A stretch of 61,557 nt of DNA, the filler included, from Choristocarpus tenellus KU-1152 (taxonomy: Eukaryota > Protista > Phaeophyceae), in NCBI GenBank assembly GCA_964200185.2. It is 13 parts of 13 records of this genome, joined end to end, with 100 filler letters (N's around TTAATTAATTAA, not from the genome) between each part and the next. Parts side by side here need not be neighbours in the genome. Positions count along the whole stretch, not along the records: positions 23,008 to 26,123 come from CAXNAD020022211.1; positions 26,224 to 29,188 come from CAXNAD020023311.1; positions 29,289 to 33,331 come from CAXNAD020016513.1; positions 33,432 to 36,572 come from CAXNAD020022023.1; positions 36,673 to 39,382 come from CAXNAD020025423.1; 8 more parts are not named here. One strand, 5' to 3'. Under the pieces are notes generated by a model that ran no database searches, was not told where the DNA came from, and saw only the letters and a list, made by a program, of their open reading frames with translations. Positions 24,268 through 36,755 of this stretch are shown piece by piece (position 1 is the first letter of the stretch; each line of letters opens with the position of its first letter). Both the position numbers and the translations under genes were made by a program.

Positions 24268-25965
24268 TTAGGCATTCTGTACAGATGCTTGTGGGGAATT
24301 TTCTAAATTCTGTCGAAACTTTTCAAAATAGACACATCAATGCTCACAAATCCAAAATGTGTACGTCATCCAAAGAAATATGGTTGACTCGAAGAAGATT
24401 TAAAATGTGGCTTATCAATACCATGCACGGAAGCGATATATAGCTACCCTACTATAACCTGTAGAAAAGAACCACACAAAACTGATTGAGACCTAGATGA
24501 CCTTGAGCTTGTACTGCAACCTATGGCGGGGAATAAAATGGAGTTTCTTGACTATGAAGGTGGGGCCTGGCTACCTTCCCTCTGTCATCCCCTTCACACA
24601 AACACTGGAGTGGTAATGATGGCCGGAGTTTGTGATGCATTAGAATGATATTGGATGAAGCTTTAGTTATGTAACCAATGTAGAGCAATATCTTCAAATA
24701 GTTTTTTTTTTACCAGTTGTATTGTTTGCTTGCTGGGTTTAATATTGGAAGCAAACAAACTCAAGAAGTAAACAAGGTTTACTACCGCTACTTTGGACCC
24801 TCCAAGGCTGGGAAATGTTTTTTTCCAGAGTGGAACTACCGTGATGGAACAGTCCCATATCAGTCAAGAAGGACTGGTGATGGTGACCAATCAAGTAAGT
24901 GATACTGCAATGTTGATGCATGATGATGGTGTGGTTGAGATAATTCATGACCCAGTGAATAAAATGAAATTATTACTAGGGAAGCTTTGTGATTAGTCTT
25001 TGATTTTGTCATCCCATAGAAGAAATGCAGAATCCACATTTTTGTGGTCTACCTACGTACTGGATTTCATTTCAAGGATCCCAAGAAAGGGCAAAATATG
25101 TCATTTTGTACCATCACACAAAGAGCCTTAGCGGAATTGTTGTGTCACTTTTTATGTAGAAAGGGGAATATCAATTTCACGTACACTGACGAGCACATTG
25201 GGCAATGAAAAAGAGTGTATTGCACAGGGTAGGAAAGATGGCTTGGAATGCAAAGGTCCAAACCTGCCTACCTCTGAGTTGTTTTGTTCACAATAGTTAA
25301 TACTCCGGAGTATAATGCTAGCGTTGTTGTAGCACTCTAGAGATATTTTAAGTGAGTGTCAATTCTACTTCCAGTCCCAACAAACGAAAAATTATTTCAT
25401 TTATGTCAAAAAGTTTGTCAACCCATTTATTATTTTGCATATTATCCGCTAGTAAAAGAAAGGACATGAATTATTTGTCTATTAAGTAACAAGGCGGACA
25501 ACAAAGAAAATGCTCCTGAAGTATTAACTTATTACTGGTGTCGTCATAAACTATTATTATACTTTAAAGTATTATTTTGTGCCCACAGACATTTTGCAGG
25601 TGGGTGTTTTTCACGTGTGGGAATGACACAACATGCAAGACAACTCAATGAAACACATCATGTTTCCTTACACCAAGGACTTCCCTATAAAACAGTACAG
25701 TAATTCGTTGTGCGTACTACTTTACAAGGCAGGGTTCAATTTAGTAGTAGCGATAGATACCACTTCAACACTTGTCACATTGAGATATTCAATCTAAATA
25801 CGAAAGGAGAAAGGAAGGTCATCACAAAAGATTTCACTCACGGGCCAGTTTCAATAGGAGATCCAGAAGTGCCGTTCCGAAAAATAAGAAAATCCGACTT
25901 TTCATCTACTGGACAGATACATTAACCATATACACCCAAATACTGTATATGCTCTCCTGTTAAAC

Positions 25966-26123
25966 GGCTCAAAGTATCTGGGGTGTGTGTGTGTGGCGGC
26001 TGTGGGGGCAATTTTTTCATGTCATGATGTTTGGGTTATTTGGTTGCATATGTCGGATGGACAATGTAAGTACACTTTTCCTGGTCATGGCCCAAATGCA
26101 CACCCTGGTGTAGACCCCCCCCC
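25966..26123. mobile_element. MITE with CAAAGTATCTGGGG TIR, truncated by contig end
   Basis: Starts ggctcaaagtatctgggg; the interior is the reverse-complement homolog of 34149-34330. Confidence 0.8.
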
Positions 26124-26277
26124 NNNNNNNNNNNNNNNNNNNNNNNNNNNNNNNNNNNNNNNNNNNNTTAATTAATTAANNNNNNNNNNNNNNNNNNNNN
26201 NNNNNNNNNNNNNNNNNNNNNNNCTTATTCAAAATCGCAGCATTTGATTTTGCCCCAAATACACTACAAACGACAGA

Positions 26278-26548
26278 GAGCCAAAGTATCTTAGAGGGTA
26301 GAGTCGCGTCCGTTGGGGAGCCCAAATCCAACATATAGTTTTGGACATAGTTTTGGTCATCTTGTTTGTTATGAAGTATCAATGTCCATGTTCTGGACAC
26401 AGATTTCCATAATAATAATATTTACATTTTACTCACTACTACTTCAAAACGTTTTCGAGGAACTAGATGTCAAAACAAAACCCACCGGAACATAAGCCTC
26501 AAATTGAGAAACAGAACAAATCTCGTACCCTCTAAGAAACTTTGGCTC
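26278..26548. mobile_element. MITE (271 bp), TIR GAGCCAAAGTATCTTAGAGGGTA, AGA target-site duplication
   Basis: TIRs of ~23 bp with one mismatch and AGA on both sides. Homologous to 49243-49509 and 36673-36755. Confidence 0.85.
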
Positions 26549-26690
26549 AGACTCGACCCTGATAACCTCTAACTTGCTCCGAGTCAGACAGTGATTGTCA
26601 TAAACGTATTTGTCGAAAATAAAAGTCAGACTGTGTAAATATATGCGCCACGTACAACGGATTCGATACGAGTAACTGTACACGTACGTC

Positions 26691-26860
26691 AGGGTTTAAA
26701 TAAACCCTAATCAGCCTCTTTACGGGTCTCAAACGTTTCTATCTATTCCAGAAACGTTTGAGCCGCTTCTTTATGCTACATATGGTTTAAATAAACCCTA
26801 ACACGAAACTTTAGTGGTTTAGGGTTTATTTAAACTATATGCAGCATAAAGAAGCGACTC
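26691..26860. repeat. Cluster of three inverted repeats/hairpins
   Basis: agggttta..taaaccct (26691-26708); perfect 13-bp arms 26728-26740/26750-26762; 42-bp arms 26760-26801/26819-26860 with 3 mismatches. Confidence 0.9.
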
Positions 26861-27872
26861 TATCATATTCCTTGTACGCAATTATGAATTATTGGCATAG
26901 AACACTCAGAACATATGCAGTAGGGTTTCTCCACGAGTAGAATGGTAGTCTAATCCTTACACCAACAAATACAGATACAAACCACATTCTTTATTGATCT
27001 CATAAATTCAAAACGTGATAGTAGGCCGAAAGGGTCACGAACACACAGACACCCTCTGTCTCGGTTCAATATAAAATCCTATTCTTTTTGGTATTGGTAT
27101 TTTTGTTACGCGTATCTCGTAAAAAAATTGCAATCTGAGTTATAGGATCGAAAGGTCAGACCACATACAACAGCACCTACCATCTCTCAGTCCTCATTTC
27201 AATTCATTACCTTGCGTAGATACCAAGCAGACCTCTTACTTACCCATCCCCATCAGACTAACCCAATATTTTCCATGTCCAACATTTCAAGAACAACAAC
27301 CCACCCGCCCGCCGATGGGAAAGGTTTGGAACCCAGAGGCCAGGACCGTCGCCAAACAAGCATGTCCAGCATACTGGATTAACACTATATAGGTTCATAC
27401 AGGATGAAACTTCGCCATATCACATGCACGGATATGGTTTGTCCGTTAAGCGGGTGTGGCCTTCAGCGCGTGAGGAAGTCTATAGAGGAGAAAGGGTGGC
27501 TGATTAGCTTGCTCCAAGTGTTGTCATCCAGCGAGAAGTTTAGGTAATACGGATGAGCTAAACCCCGAAACAGCGCTCACCATTGAAGGGCGAGTATTGG
27601 ACAGAAACCATAGAGTAACAGTGCTGAAGAATATGTTTGATCCCGAGAGCTCTTTCACCATGCGGATCTACATAGAGTTCGACCAAACTGAAGAGAGACT
27701 GATTGCCAACGGTGGGTGACAGATTGTTTTCGTTGTTCCATAATCGCCTGATGGCTATTATGATATATGAAGCTGTTGTCGAGTTTGCCTTGCTATGTGC
27801 ATTGACAGTAAGTCCGTTGTGGTCCTTTTCTTTGCTCATCATCTTTATCCATCGTGGTATTCCTGTCCACAG

Positions 27873-29188
27873 CAACATGTTTCTCGATGTCGCAGGCCGC
27901 GTGTGTCCCGTGATCGCCCCCCACCTAACACTTGTCCCGTTCGCCCACTGCACCGTTATGCTTATAGCATTCAACGAAGCGACAGAGAGTGTGGTTGAGC
28001 GCACGTTATACGATGAGATATATTTTCAGCACAAGCTTCAAGAAGCTATGAAGCGACAGAGGGAGAAGAAAGACGTGTCAATCGCAGATATCCACAAAAT
28101 GTACCAGCAGGTGAGATGATTGTCGACATTGGTGGGATTGTCGTGCTCTATTCCTATATTTTTCACTTTTCCCATGTTGTTCAATGTCCTTCGTGCTTTC
28201 CACTTCCTTTTGTATCGCTTGCTCTCTCCCCCCAGCAAATACGTACTTGTCTGTTTCATTGTCCATTTTCGCGCATGATTGTGTTTCTCGTCTTCACTAC
28301 ATTATTTTTCCATACTTTCTCCGATTATTACTTTATATCCTATTGTTTGCAATTTTTAAATTGATTATTTGCCTTGCGTTCCACACTCTTTATACTAGTA
28401 TAACGTTAGTGGTGCGAGATTTCATGAATCCCTACCATGACTACTTGTGTGATGTCACTGTCAAGTTCGACACATGTCCGCCCCACTCACTCCCTCCCGC
28501 ATTCTCTTCATTCAGAGGCTCTTACTGCGTCAAAGGTGGGCTTGTCATTAGAGGATCATCCCCTAATGCTAGTGTACAAGACGAGGAGGGGGGGGCGCCC
28601 TCAATTAGGCACAGACAACCATCTCAAAGTCACCAGGACATGATTTGTCTTGCCCATAACGACGGGCTGCAGTTCACATGCAATAAGCGAGTCACCGTCG
28701 ACGACATCTTTGGCCACGGACGTGAAACGTCTCCTGTTCCACGCCATGATGGATGTCGAATACGAAGGTGCTGCCTCGGACATCCCCATGAGGGCCCTCA
28801 ACTTCCTTGTTAACAGGTTCGTCTATGACGTCACACATATCCTTCTTCACAGAAGCAGCGATTTATTTTTTTTGTAGAAGGTATAGGACATCGTTAAACA
28901 GTATCAGAACGATCTGGGTGACGGTTCAGGAGCGTCATTCCATACCACGAGTTTATTTCCCGAATCGGTACGTTAAGCGTGGCAACACACAAAGAGCGTG
29001 TTGCCCTGTATCAGAAGGTACTGCATAAACTGCGAAATGATGAATCCGTGCGCTATACAATTACCACATTAGGGCTAATTTACGAACTGCCCTCCCACGC
29101 TAGGTACACGAATGCTGGGGACACCATCGTCTCCTACAGCGCAGAGAGGCACAATGTGGTGGAGGCAACCCTTGAACGGAGCAGGAGG
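27873..29188 (+). pseudogene. Second, rearranged copy of the beta-class DNA methyltransferase-like gene
   Basis: From ~28141 it aligns, introns included, with 40625-39575 (minus). Exon 28516-28816 carries two frameshifts and a stop. Exon 29104-29188 reads tag|G-YTNAGDTIVSYSAERHNVVEATLERSRR. A different upstream exon lies at 27873-28110. Confidence 0.7.
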
Positions 29189-29288
29189 NNNNNNNNNNNN
29201 NNNNNNNNNNNNNNNNNNNNNNNNNNNNNNNNTTAATTAATTAANNNNNNNNNNNNNNNNNNNNNNNNNNNNNNNNNNNNNNNNNNNN

Positions 29289-29403
29289 GTTTGGTGCTCT
29301 GTCAGGAAGGGGAAGTTGACCCCCCCCCCCCCTGCCCACCCCCGCCAGGCCCCCCGCGGGTGCCCCCCCCCCCCCCCCCCCCCTTCCCCAGATACTTTGA
29401 GCC
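29289..29403. mobile_element. MITE right end (CCCCAGATACTTTGAGCC) at contig start
   Basis: Same TIR core as 24101-24267, preceded by poly-C tracts. Similar ends occur at 4080-4097, 4198-4214 and 7491-7507. Confidence 0.65.
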
Positions 29404-29502
29404 TGCTGCCAATGACGAAGCGAGGATAACAAGGCAGCATAGTAGTAGCCCAATTTTTTTCTGAGGGTAAACAGCGTTTCTTAATTTTATCACTTCTCTC
29501 AC

Positions 29503-29763
29503 CACTATCCCGGTGTCGTTCAGGGGACGGCGGATAGACCCCCCAAACACGGGGGTGGGGGCTGTCTTGAACTTCGACTGCACCTGGTGACCTGAAGTCA
29601 CCCTGACAGGCATACAAGACCGAGGGAGTGAGTAAAGTAAGTGAGGATGGCGTTTCAATGTAAGGGCCAGGGAGAAGAGTGAGGGGAGGTGGCGCCAGGG
29701 CAACAACTCGAGCACCATCAACGTGCCTGATGTCCCTTCAGAAAAAAATATTAGCATTGGAAA

Positions 29764-29794
<31 letters not shown>

Positions 29795-32576
29795 GCTGAG
29801 GAAATGAGTACATCCCGTGGTTGGCGCATTTGATCACGTATTTTCCATATTCTGAAGTAGTGTTGGGTCTTATGTGTTCCACGAGCGGCAACACAACTCC
29901 TGCAAGTGACAGAGAAGGGGTAAGGTGATCAAGATTGATATATATATATATATATTGGGGGGGGCTGTGATATGCGTTGGAAAATGCATGGAATGTTTCG
30001 TTGTTGTTTTTTTCCCCGTTTCTCAGTGTGTTTCTGAGGTACTGTGCGTGTATATGCGATGCCCGACAGGTTTGGATACACTCGAGGGGCATTTGCACCT
30101 TCAATTTCTCAATTGATCCGATGTTTTGATATCCAAGGTAACAGAGTCAATCTAGTGCCTTGAACTGTGTATGAAAGGGTTGGGGTTAGATCAAGAAAAC
30201 TAAATGTCGGTAATGTTTTCGCTTAAGTGGTGATGAACATGAACAAAATAGTGGACACGTGCGACTCCTGATTTCAACTCCTCCACACGAACGTTGCGTC
30301 AGGTCGCAGCAGATCAGTTTTGAATAACAATGTTGAAGTTTTTTTTGTTTTGTTTTTTTACATATTTTTATCGTGTGCCAGGTTCTCGCAACTCCTCTCA
30401 GTGATGAGAAACAGCGGTAAAGGAAAAACGATAGATTGGAGACACGTTCCAGCTCCTTTTAGGGACAGATCTCGTTTGTACTTACTTTTCTTGATTCATT
30501 AGACATCCACAAGGTGCATGACAGTGTTGTCACTTATGTATGTGAATGCTTGCTGCTGCTTGCCCTGAGAAAGGTGTTAATATATCGGAATCTTTCAGAG
30601 TTTAACATATCATGAAATTGACTGTGCTTGCTGTGTTCAAAATGCAAGATTGCCACACCAAGAATGTGAAACGTTATTGACATCGAAGGTTTTGAGAACA
30701 TTGCAAGGTAAGCACATCCTATTGGTATGGTTTGACCGAATATATTGGTGCATTAGTATCGAGATGTTGCTTTTCAAGGTTCATCTCTGGGACAACGCCC
30801 TCCCCCCACTTACATTGTGTTGCGAACAAGTGTTTTGATCACGTCATTGCCATGTTGAGACAAAAGAGTTTAAAACTGTTTAACAAGGCGGGAGAGCCAA
30901 CGAAGACAACCTAGGGATACAAGTAAGCGCACTTCCTGAATATGATGCTACCTATTCCCAGCTTTAACAATGCGCCCATTCAATTGAGAAAAGTCCAGAG
31001 AGTATGAAGGGAGAAATATCCCAGACAAAACAAATGTGTGCATGATTAACTGATTCGGTGGAGATAGCTTGACGTCTGAAAAAGAATAAAAGCAAAAGCA
31101 TTTACAAGAGCAAGAAAGCATTTTGTGAATGGAAAAACACCATTCACTGCCAACAGCCCGGGCACAATAGAGCAATTCGAAGGAGAATTTCTGTCAGGGA
31201 CGGCAAGAAGCCGGATCTTTCTCGAGCAATGGAGGTATGCACCTGTCTAGTTCATACTGTGGCCCTGGTGTATCTTTCCCAAAAGCGCTCTCCACAGGTC
31301 GTCCTACTTCTCTAACCCCAGCAGTGTAGGTTCCCCATCCAACCATAGGCTGACTCCTGCAGTCCAAATAGATGAGCAGAAGCGGAGCAAAGGGGAAATG
31401 GTGCAAAAATGTGTCATCAGTAGTTCTAATTACAACCGGAAGAGTAGGAACACGCGTAACAGGAGGACGTAGAGGGTAAGATATCTGAGAAGATACTGGA
31501 CGGAAAGAGAACAAGAAGAACAGCAGGGTAAAGAAGGAAATGGGTGGGCTAGGCAAGAAGGAAATGAAAGGCAAGGAAAGTTCCTAGGGTGAAAGAGTGT
31601 TGGCTAAGTAGTAGTCCGGAGACTTCCCATGCCGTATGCATATCGCCGAGAAAAATGCTGTATTAGAGCCAGCATGACCTCACACATTAGGCTGGGGTGT
31701 AACCTGTACGCACCAGGATCTATCCGTGAGGCATATTGAGCCAAGAACTGTTCATCAGTCTGATAGCTCTCACGCAGCGCTATGAGACTTGGACTGCTAG
31801 TAGGACTCCTAAAATACTACCTTCCTACATGCATGCTCTATATAGCAAGAAACAATTATTTCTTCGGGGCGTTCTTGAGGTGGATGTCGTCTTAAAGGCT
31901 ACCTTCAGAGGCCGCGTATTCGGTGTGGTGTACGAAAATACTCAGCATTTGCATGCGACCAAGGTAGGACAGACTGTCCACCAGCGCACCAACAAGCTAT
32001 AAGTCTACCTTTACTACAACGGCACGGATACCGGATAAGAGAGGTCAGCCAAACGCGAGGATCGGCAGTTTCTTCAGAATTCAATGCTTGAGGTCAATTC
32101 AACGTATTCTTGTCGTGGAGACTTCCTTAGGAGAGAGAGGTGCTAGGGATCACCTCTATAACATACTTCATCACCACTCATGATGGGCAAGATTATTCCA
32201 TCTTCCGGCTATCACTGATCTGATAGAGGTATGTTTTAGCTTGTTCGTGTTCCCGATTTATCTGTTTGGAGAAGAAGAGATGGACCATTCGAGTATACTT
32301 CTACGTGTCAAGCGCAAGGCAAGACCGTGTAGTTCGTAGAAGACGAAGGGGCCAGCATCCATTCAACTACACTAAAAGAGAGGGAGAACAAGAGAGAGAG
32401 GATCGAGAGAGATGTAGAGCTGACCTGAACGTCGATAACTGCTGAGGTCCAAATCCACTCGGTACCTCGTATTTGGGACCTGGTGCCTGCTTCGCACGCA
32501 ACTTGGCGATAGTTTCTGCCCGTAACGACAAGCAGCCATCCTTAAAGCTAACCTCAGGACCCTCACTAGAGAGCAT
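29503..32576 (-). CDS. SHIPPO-repeat (PGP repeat) ODF3/STPG-like flagellar protein, three exons, partial
   Basis: Exons 32576-32425, 31356-31243 and 29602-29503 are phase-compatible and give ...QAPGPKYEVPSGFGPQQLSTFRSQPMVGWGT...DTPGPQYELDRVTSGHQVQSKFKTAPTPVFGGSIR.... The start of the first exon is uncertain. Confidence 0.75.
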
Positions 32577-33047
32577 GGACTGGGCTTCACTAAGGCGTCA
32601 GCTTGCTCCTAGCCACCGGCCTCGTCTTGCAAAGCAAAATAGTACGATGACAAACTGGCTGTCGGTATTTAGTGCTGAATCGTAATGACTCTTGACAAGA
32701 TGTAACGACTCCGATATTCAACCTTTCGGAGTAATCACTATTTATATTATTATTTCATATTATTATGCCCTCTGACATTTCTATATCATATCGTACAAAA
32801 CACATGTCAAAGCACGTGTTAAGAATACTCACTGGGTGATCCTGGAACCCAAGGATCTCACACAGAACAACACATAAAATGTTTACAGGAGACGTACCTC
32901 GAAAATACAGACCCACGATAACAGAGGTTTATTATTATTAGTATATATTGACGGCTAATCGATGATGAAAACTGATCGATCTTGGAGAACAATAAAGGTG
33001 GACAAGGTGGTCATTATCCCTTCCTCTTATTGTATTTTTACTCAATA

Positions 33048-33331
33048 TAGTTACAACCTCAACACCTTCACGGTGGAAAGTTTTGGGCGCCCCGGTAAGC
33101 AAGCGGAACTTTTCCTGCATGAGCTAGCTACACACGCGGCAGGGGGGAAAGGAACCGGACACTACAGGAGAAAAAAAGGAGCCGTCAAATCCCACCTACG
33201 TCAGATAGTATCAGTCACAACGCAAGTAGCCTTATCTAGACGGGTCATGCGTTTTAAGCTGGAGTCACTAGGGAGATGGGCAAGGAGGGGTTTGATAGAT
33301 TCTTGGGATGCTTCCCTAGCTCCTCACCCTG
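33048..33331 (+). mobile_element. 3' coding end of RLE-type non-LTR retrotransposon (best-preserved copy)
   Basis: LNTFTVESFGRPGKQAELFLHELATHAAGG...LRQIVSVTTQVALSRRV resembles the C-terminal restriction-like endonuclease segment (F-x-V-E-x-x-G-x-x-G...FL..LA...S...Q) of CRE/R2-type elements. Three copies are in the window. Confidence 0.65.
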
Positions 33332-33431
33332 NNNNNNNNNNNNNNNNNNNNNNNNNNNNNNNNNNNNNNNNNNNNTTAATTAATTAANNNNNNNNNNNNN
33401 NNNNNNNNNNNNNNNNNNNNNNNNNNNNNNN

Positions 33432-33487
33432 ATGAAAAAATTGACCCCAAATGGACAGCCGCCACCCCCTCCCAGATATTTTGAGCC
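33432..33487. mobile_element. MITE right end at contig start
   Basis: atgaaaaaattgaccccaaatggacagccg...cccagatattttgagcc matches 34273-34330. Confidence 0.75.
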
Positions 33488-34148
33488 TTTCCGAGTAGGT
33501 AAAATGTATACGACTAGAAAGGTGTGTCTGTAGCAAGGATGTTGACACTTGATAACAAACATGATAGCAAAAATTACATCACAATTACCACATTGGATTC
33601 TGAACTCCAAACGATCGCGGCCCTAAGCTCTTAAATGCCTCGACTCTCTGCCACTGCACCAAGGATTGCTAAAGGTGTTTTCGAAAGGTAATGGGTTTGC
33701 TTTGAACGTGAGTGGGGAAGTGATATAGTTTGAAAGACCTGTCCTTTGAGGTGGGGTGAAGGAAACCCTAACATCCTAGTCTTAAGACATCAAGATTCAC
33801 TAAGTTCATCATTCCCTCCGGATTGGACCTGTTAGGCGATGTGTAGGAAGTCCTGAATACTGCTTACATGCAGCACTGCAGGATCGACAATGATCTGGCA
33901 GTATTCCATGGCCGCATCATGATTTTGCCTGAATTCCTGTCAAACAGTAGTGGGGGAGGCAGGAGACACATGCGGGTTAATGTAGTGATACATTATTTAT
34001 GGTGATAAGAAAGAGGTAGACTCTGTGCACGTTTGGACTTTGATGAAGATCACATTGCTTTTAAAAAAAGGTACTGTAGTACTTTATTGACGTAGTATGT
34101 AAGATAGTGAGACTATGGCGATAAGATATGTGAGTCAAAGGACAATAT

Positions 34149-34330
34149 GACCCAAAGTATCTGGGGTGTGGGGAGGGTCTACACCAGGGTGTCCATTTGG
34201 GTCACAATCAGAAAAAGTGCTTTTATTTACATTATTCTGACGTATGCAACCAAACCACCCAAAAATCGCGACATGAAAAAATTGAACTCAAATGGACTGC
34301 CGTCACCCCCCCCCCCAGATACTTTGAACC
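34149..34330. mobile_element. MITE (182 bp) with CAAAGTATCTGGGG TIRs
   Basis: gacccaaagtatctgggg ... ccccagatactttgaacc; flanks TAT/TAA (imperfect TSD). Homologous to 25966-26123 and 33432-33487. Confidence 0.85.
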
Positions 34331-36672
34331 TAAGATTGTTGATCATGTGTAGGATTAATGGGGTCGAATACCTGAGACTCGTGAACTCCATTGAAAATGA
34401 AATATATAACGACATTGCCATCACCACAGTGCATCACCCTGCCTGGGGGAGAAGGAACGTGGCAATCCAATTGCCCCCTAGGCCCTGAGAAGTAGTTGTT
34501 GGCAGCCTCATGCTGTCCTCTCGACTTGGAATTAAGGTTGTATAGGTGGTGTTGTCCATGTTGCCCATCAAATACCTCCATAATTTCATCTGGAGAGGGG
34601 GGAAATAGGGTCGAACATCACACTGCTGTGGCGAGCTGAGTGAGGTGTACAAATGACAGACAGCCCTGAACCAAGCAAGCCCCCAAGAGTCTGGCAGCGC
34701 ATCATTGTCTGGACCACTGTTTGCATGCTTGGTGGGATGAGCTGTTAAAGTATCCTCAAAATCATCAAAGAGGATAAAGGTGATAAACCCAGCGAGATTG
34801 CTTGGTGTCTGTAGAGTGATTAAAGTTAGGTGGGGCATGCAATGCCCCATAAAATCAGAAATATTTCCTTTTATGTGAGAAATATTCTCATTCAACTAAT
34901 CACTAGTAAAATGTTCTGATAACTCAACCACCAATTGATTGTTCTGTTACTCCATACACATTTTACAGTAACTGTCCGATAGAGTTGGAGAGTCTAATCG
35001 AACATGAGCATGGAGGTAAAGCAAGTCAGAGATGAAATGAAGGTGATCAAGGAGGCGAAATCGTCGATGTTGTGTTGATGAGTATGATACTTTGGGGGGG
35101 GAAAGCAAATGTGTTGAAGGGAGGAGGATGGAGCTGAAATGTAGGAGGGTGACAATGGTACACAGGACAGGCAAGGAATAGGAATAAAAGACGATAGAGA
35201 ACACAGGGCCACCGCAAGAAGAGTTGGACAGACTCCACAAGATGGTGTGAAGGTTTGTGGGGAGTGGGTCTCCCCCCTTAACCATGATGGGGAGGAGACA
35301 GGAGAGTCTGCAACAGGAGGTATCGCTGGGATCCGATGGCCAGCCTCTCCTACTGAGAACCCTAACCCACGCCCAGCTCAGCAATCACAACACCCAACAC
35401 TCGAATCTTGCCCTATCTGCATCTCCCAGATACAATTGCGAGTATTCCCCTTCACCTATCCACACAACCTTGAGCTGGGCTGTGCCTCGGCCCTTTATCT
35501 CCATGCCCACCCCCAACACCCCGTCCTGTGGTCCACCACGCCCGAATTCTATTATACTGCCATGAAGATGAGTGTGAGAACTGAGGACGTCCTTGAATCC
35601 ATCCGTATACAATCATCCTCTGCCCCTTTCGCCATCCCACCTTTTCGCCTACTCTCCATCCCACACCCTCACCCCCCAGCCCCTTCCCCTTCATTTTCTC
35701 CCTGTTCAAGCTGCCTAGAGTTGCTCCCCCTTGACTATGGACATCCTCGCTTGTGGTTGCTCGCTCCACCTCACCTGGATGGTCGGCCTCTGTGGAGATG
35801 CAAACCACCCTTTTACATGCCCTTACTGCGGAACACACTTGCCCATTCCTACCCTCTTCAACCACGCCTACACCACCCTCACAACCAAAGACCTCACTCC
35901 TAGTGAGGTTATAGCCCATTAAAATTCCACCACCTCAGCCCAAATCCACCTTTTCTCATCACCCAACATCCCCCGCCAGAACTTACAAACCACCCACCTC
36001 ACCCCACAGGCTAGGGCACCTCTTCCCCCCACACCCCAACCCACCCCCAGCATCTCTGACCCTGACTCGGAGCCAGGCCTGGGCCCATTGTCTGACCCAT
36101 CAGGCCAAGAACCCTGGGCCCCCCACCACCACCGTATCCCCCGTACCAGATGTTACACTACACCCACCTGGTTCACACAGAACAGTGGGGCCCACACAAC
36201 ATCCTGACTCTATGTCCCCCTTCTTTTAGATGCCGTTGGCTTCCCACTATTGAAACCTGAATCGAATGCATCGTACATGTAGGCAAATGTAGACTACTAG
36301 CGATGAGGAATCATGGTGTTGCGAAGCACCGATGTGTGATGTGCGTAATCTATGTTATGTATAGACGTGATTGTGCTTCAAAGCACCGATGTATTTATTC
36401 TATTGTAGCTGAGGTCATTGATCTCTCAGAAAGAATTATGCAATGTGAATTCAGTGTTCTTTCATGTGATACTCAACGAAAGAAGTCCATGCTCTTTGTA
36501 GAGGCTTGTTGCCTTGGCTGGCAAGGGTTTCCGCGGATGGTTTTAACTCTTCTTGGGCAGGATCTGTGATGTNNNNNNNNNNNNNNNNNNNNNNNNNNNN
36601 NNNNNNNNNNNNNNNNTTAATTAATTAANNNNNNNNNNNNNNNNNNNNNNNNNNNNNNNNNNNNNNNNNNNN

Positions 36673-36755
36673 ATAGTCAAAATTACATCAAAATCACAAC
36701 ATCGTATTTTGATCCCCAAATGGACGTGGCTCTACCTTCTAAGATACTTTGGGTC
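36673..36755. mobile_element. MITE right end (TAGAGGG subfamily) at contig start
   Basis: tggacgtggctctaccttctaagatactttgggtc matches 49475-49509. Confidence 0.75.

Noticed and set aside
34434-35919. ORFs of 145-218 aa in contig 33432-36572
   Set aside because: No recognisable motifs or consistent splice pattern; likely decayed repeat or C-rich low-complexity DNA.
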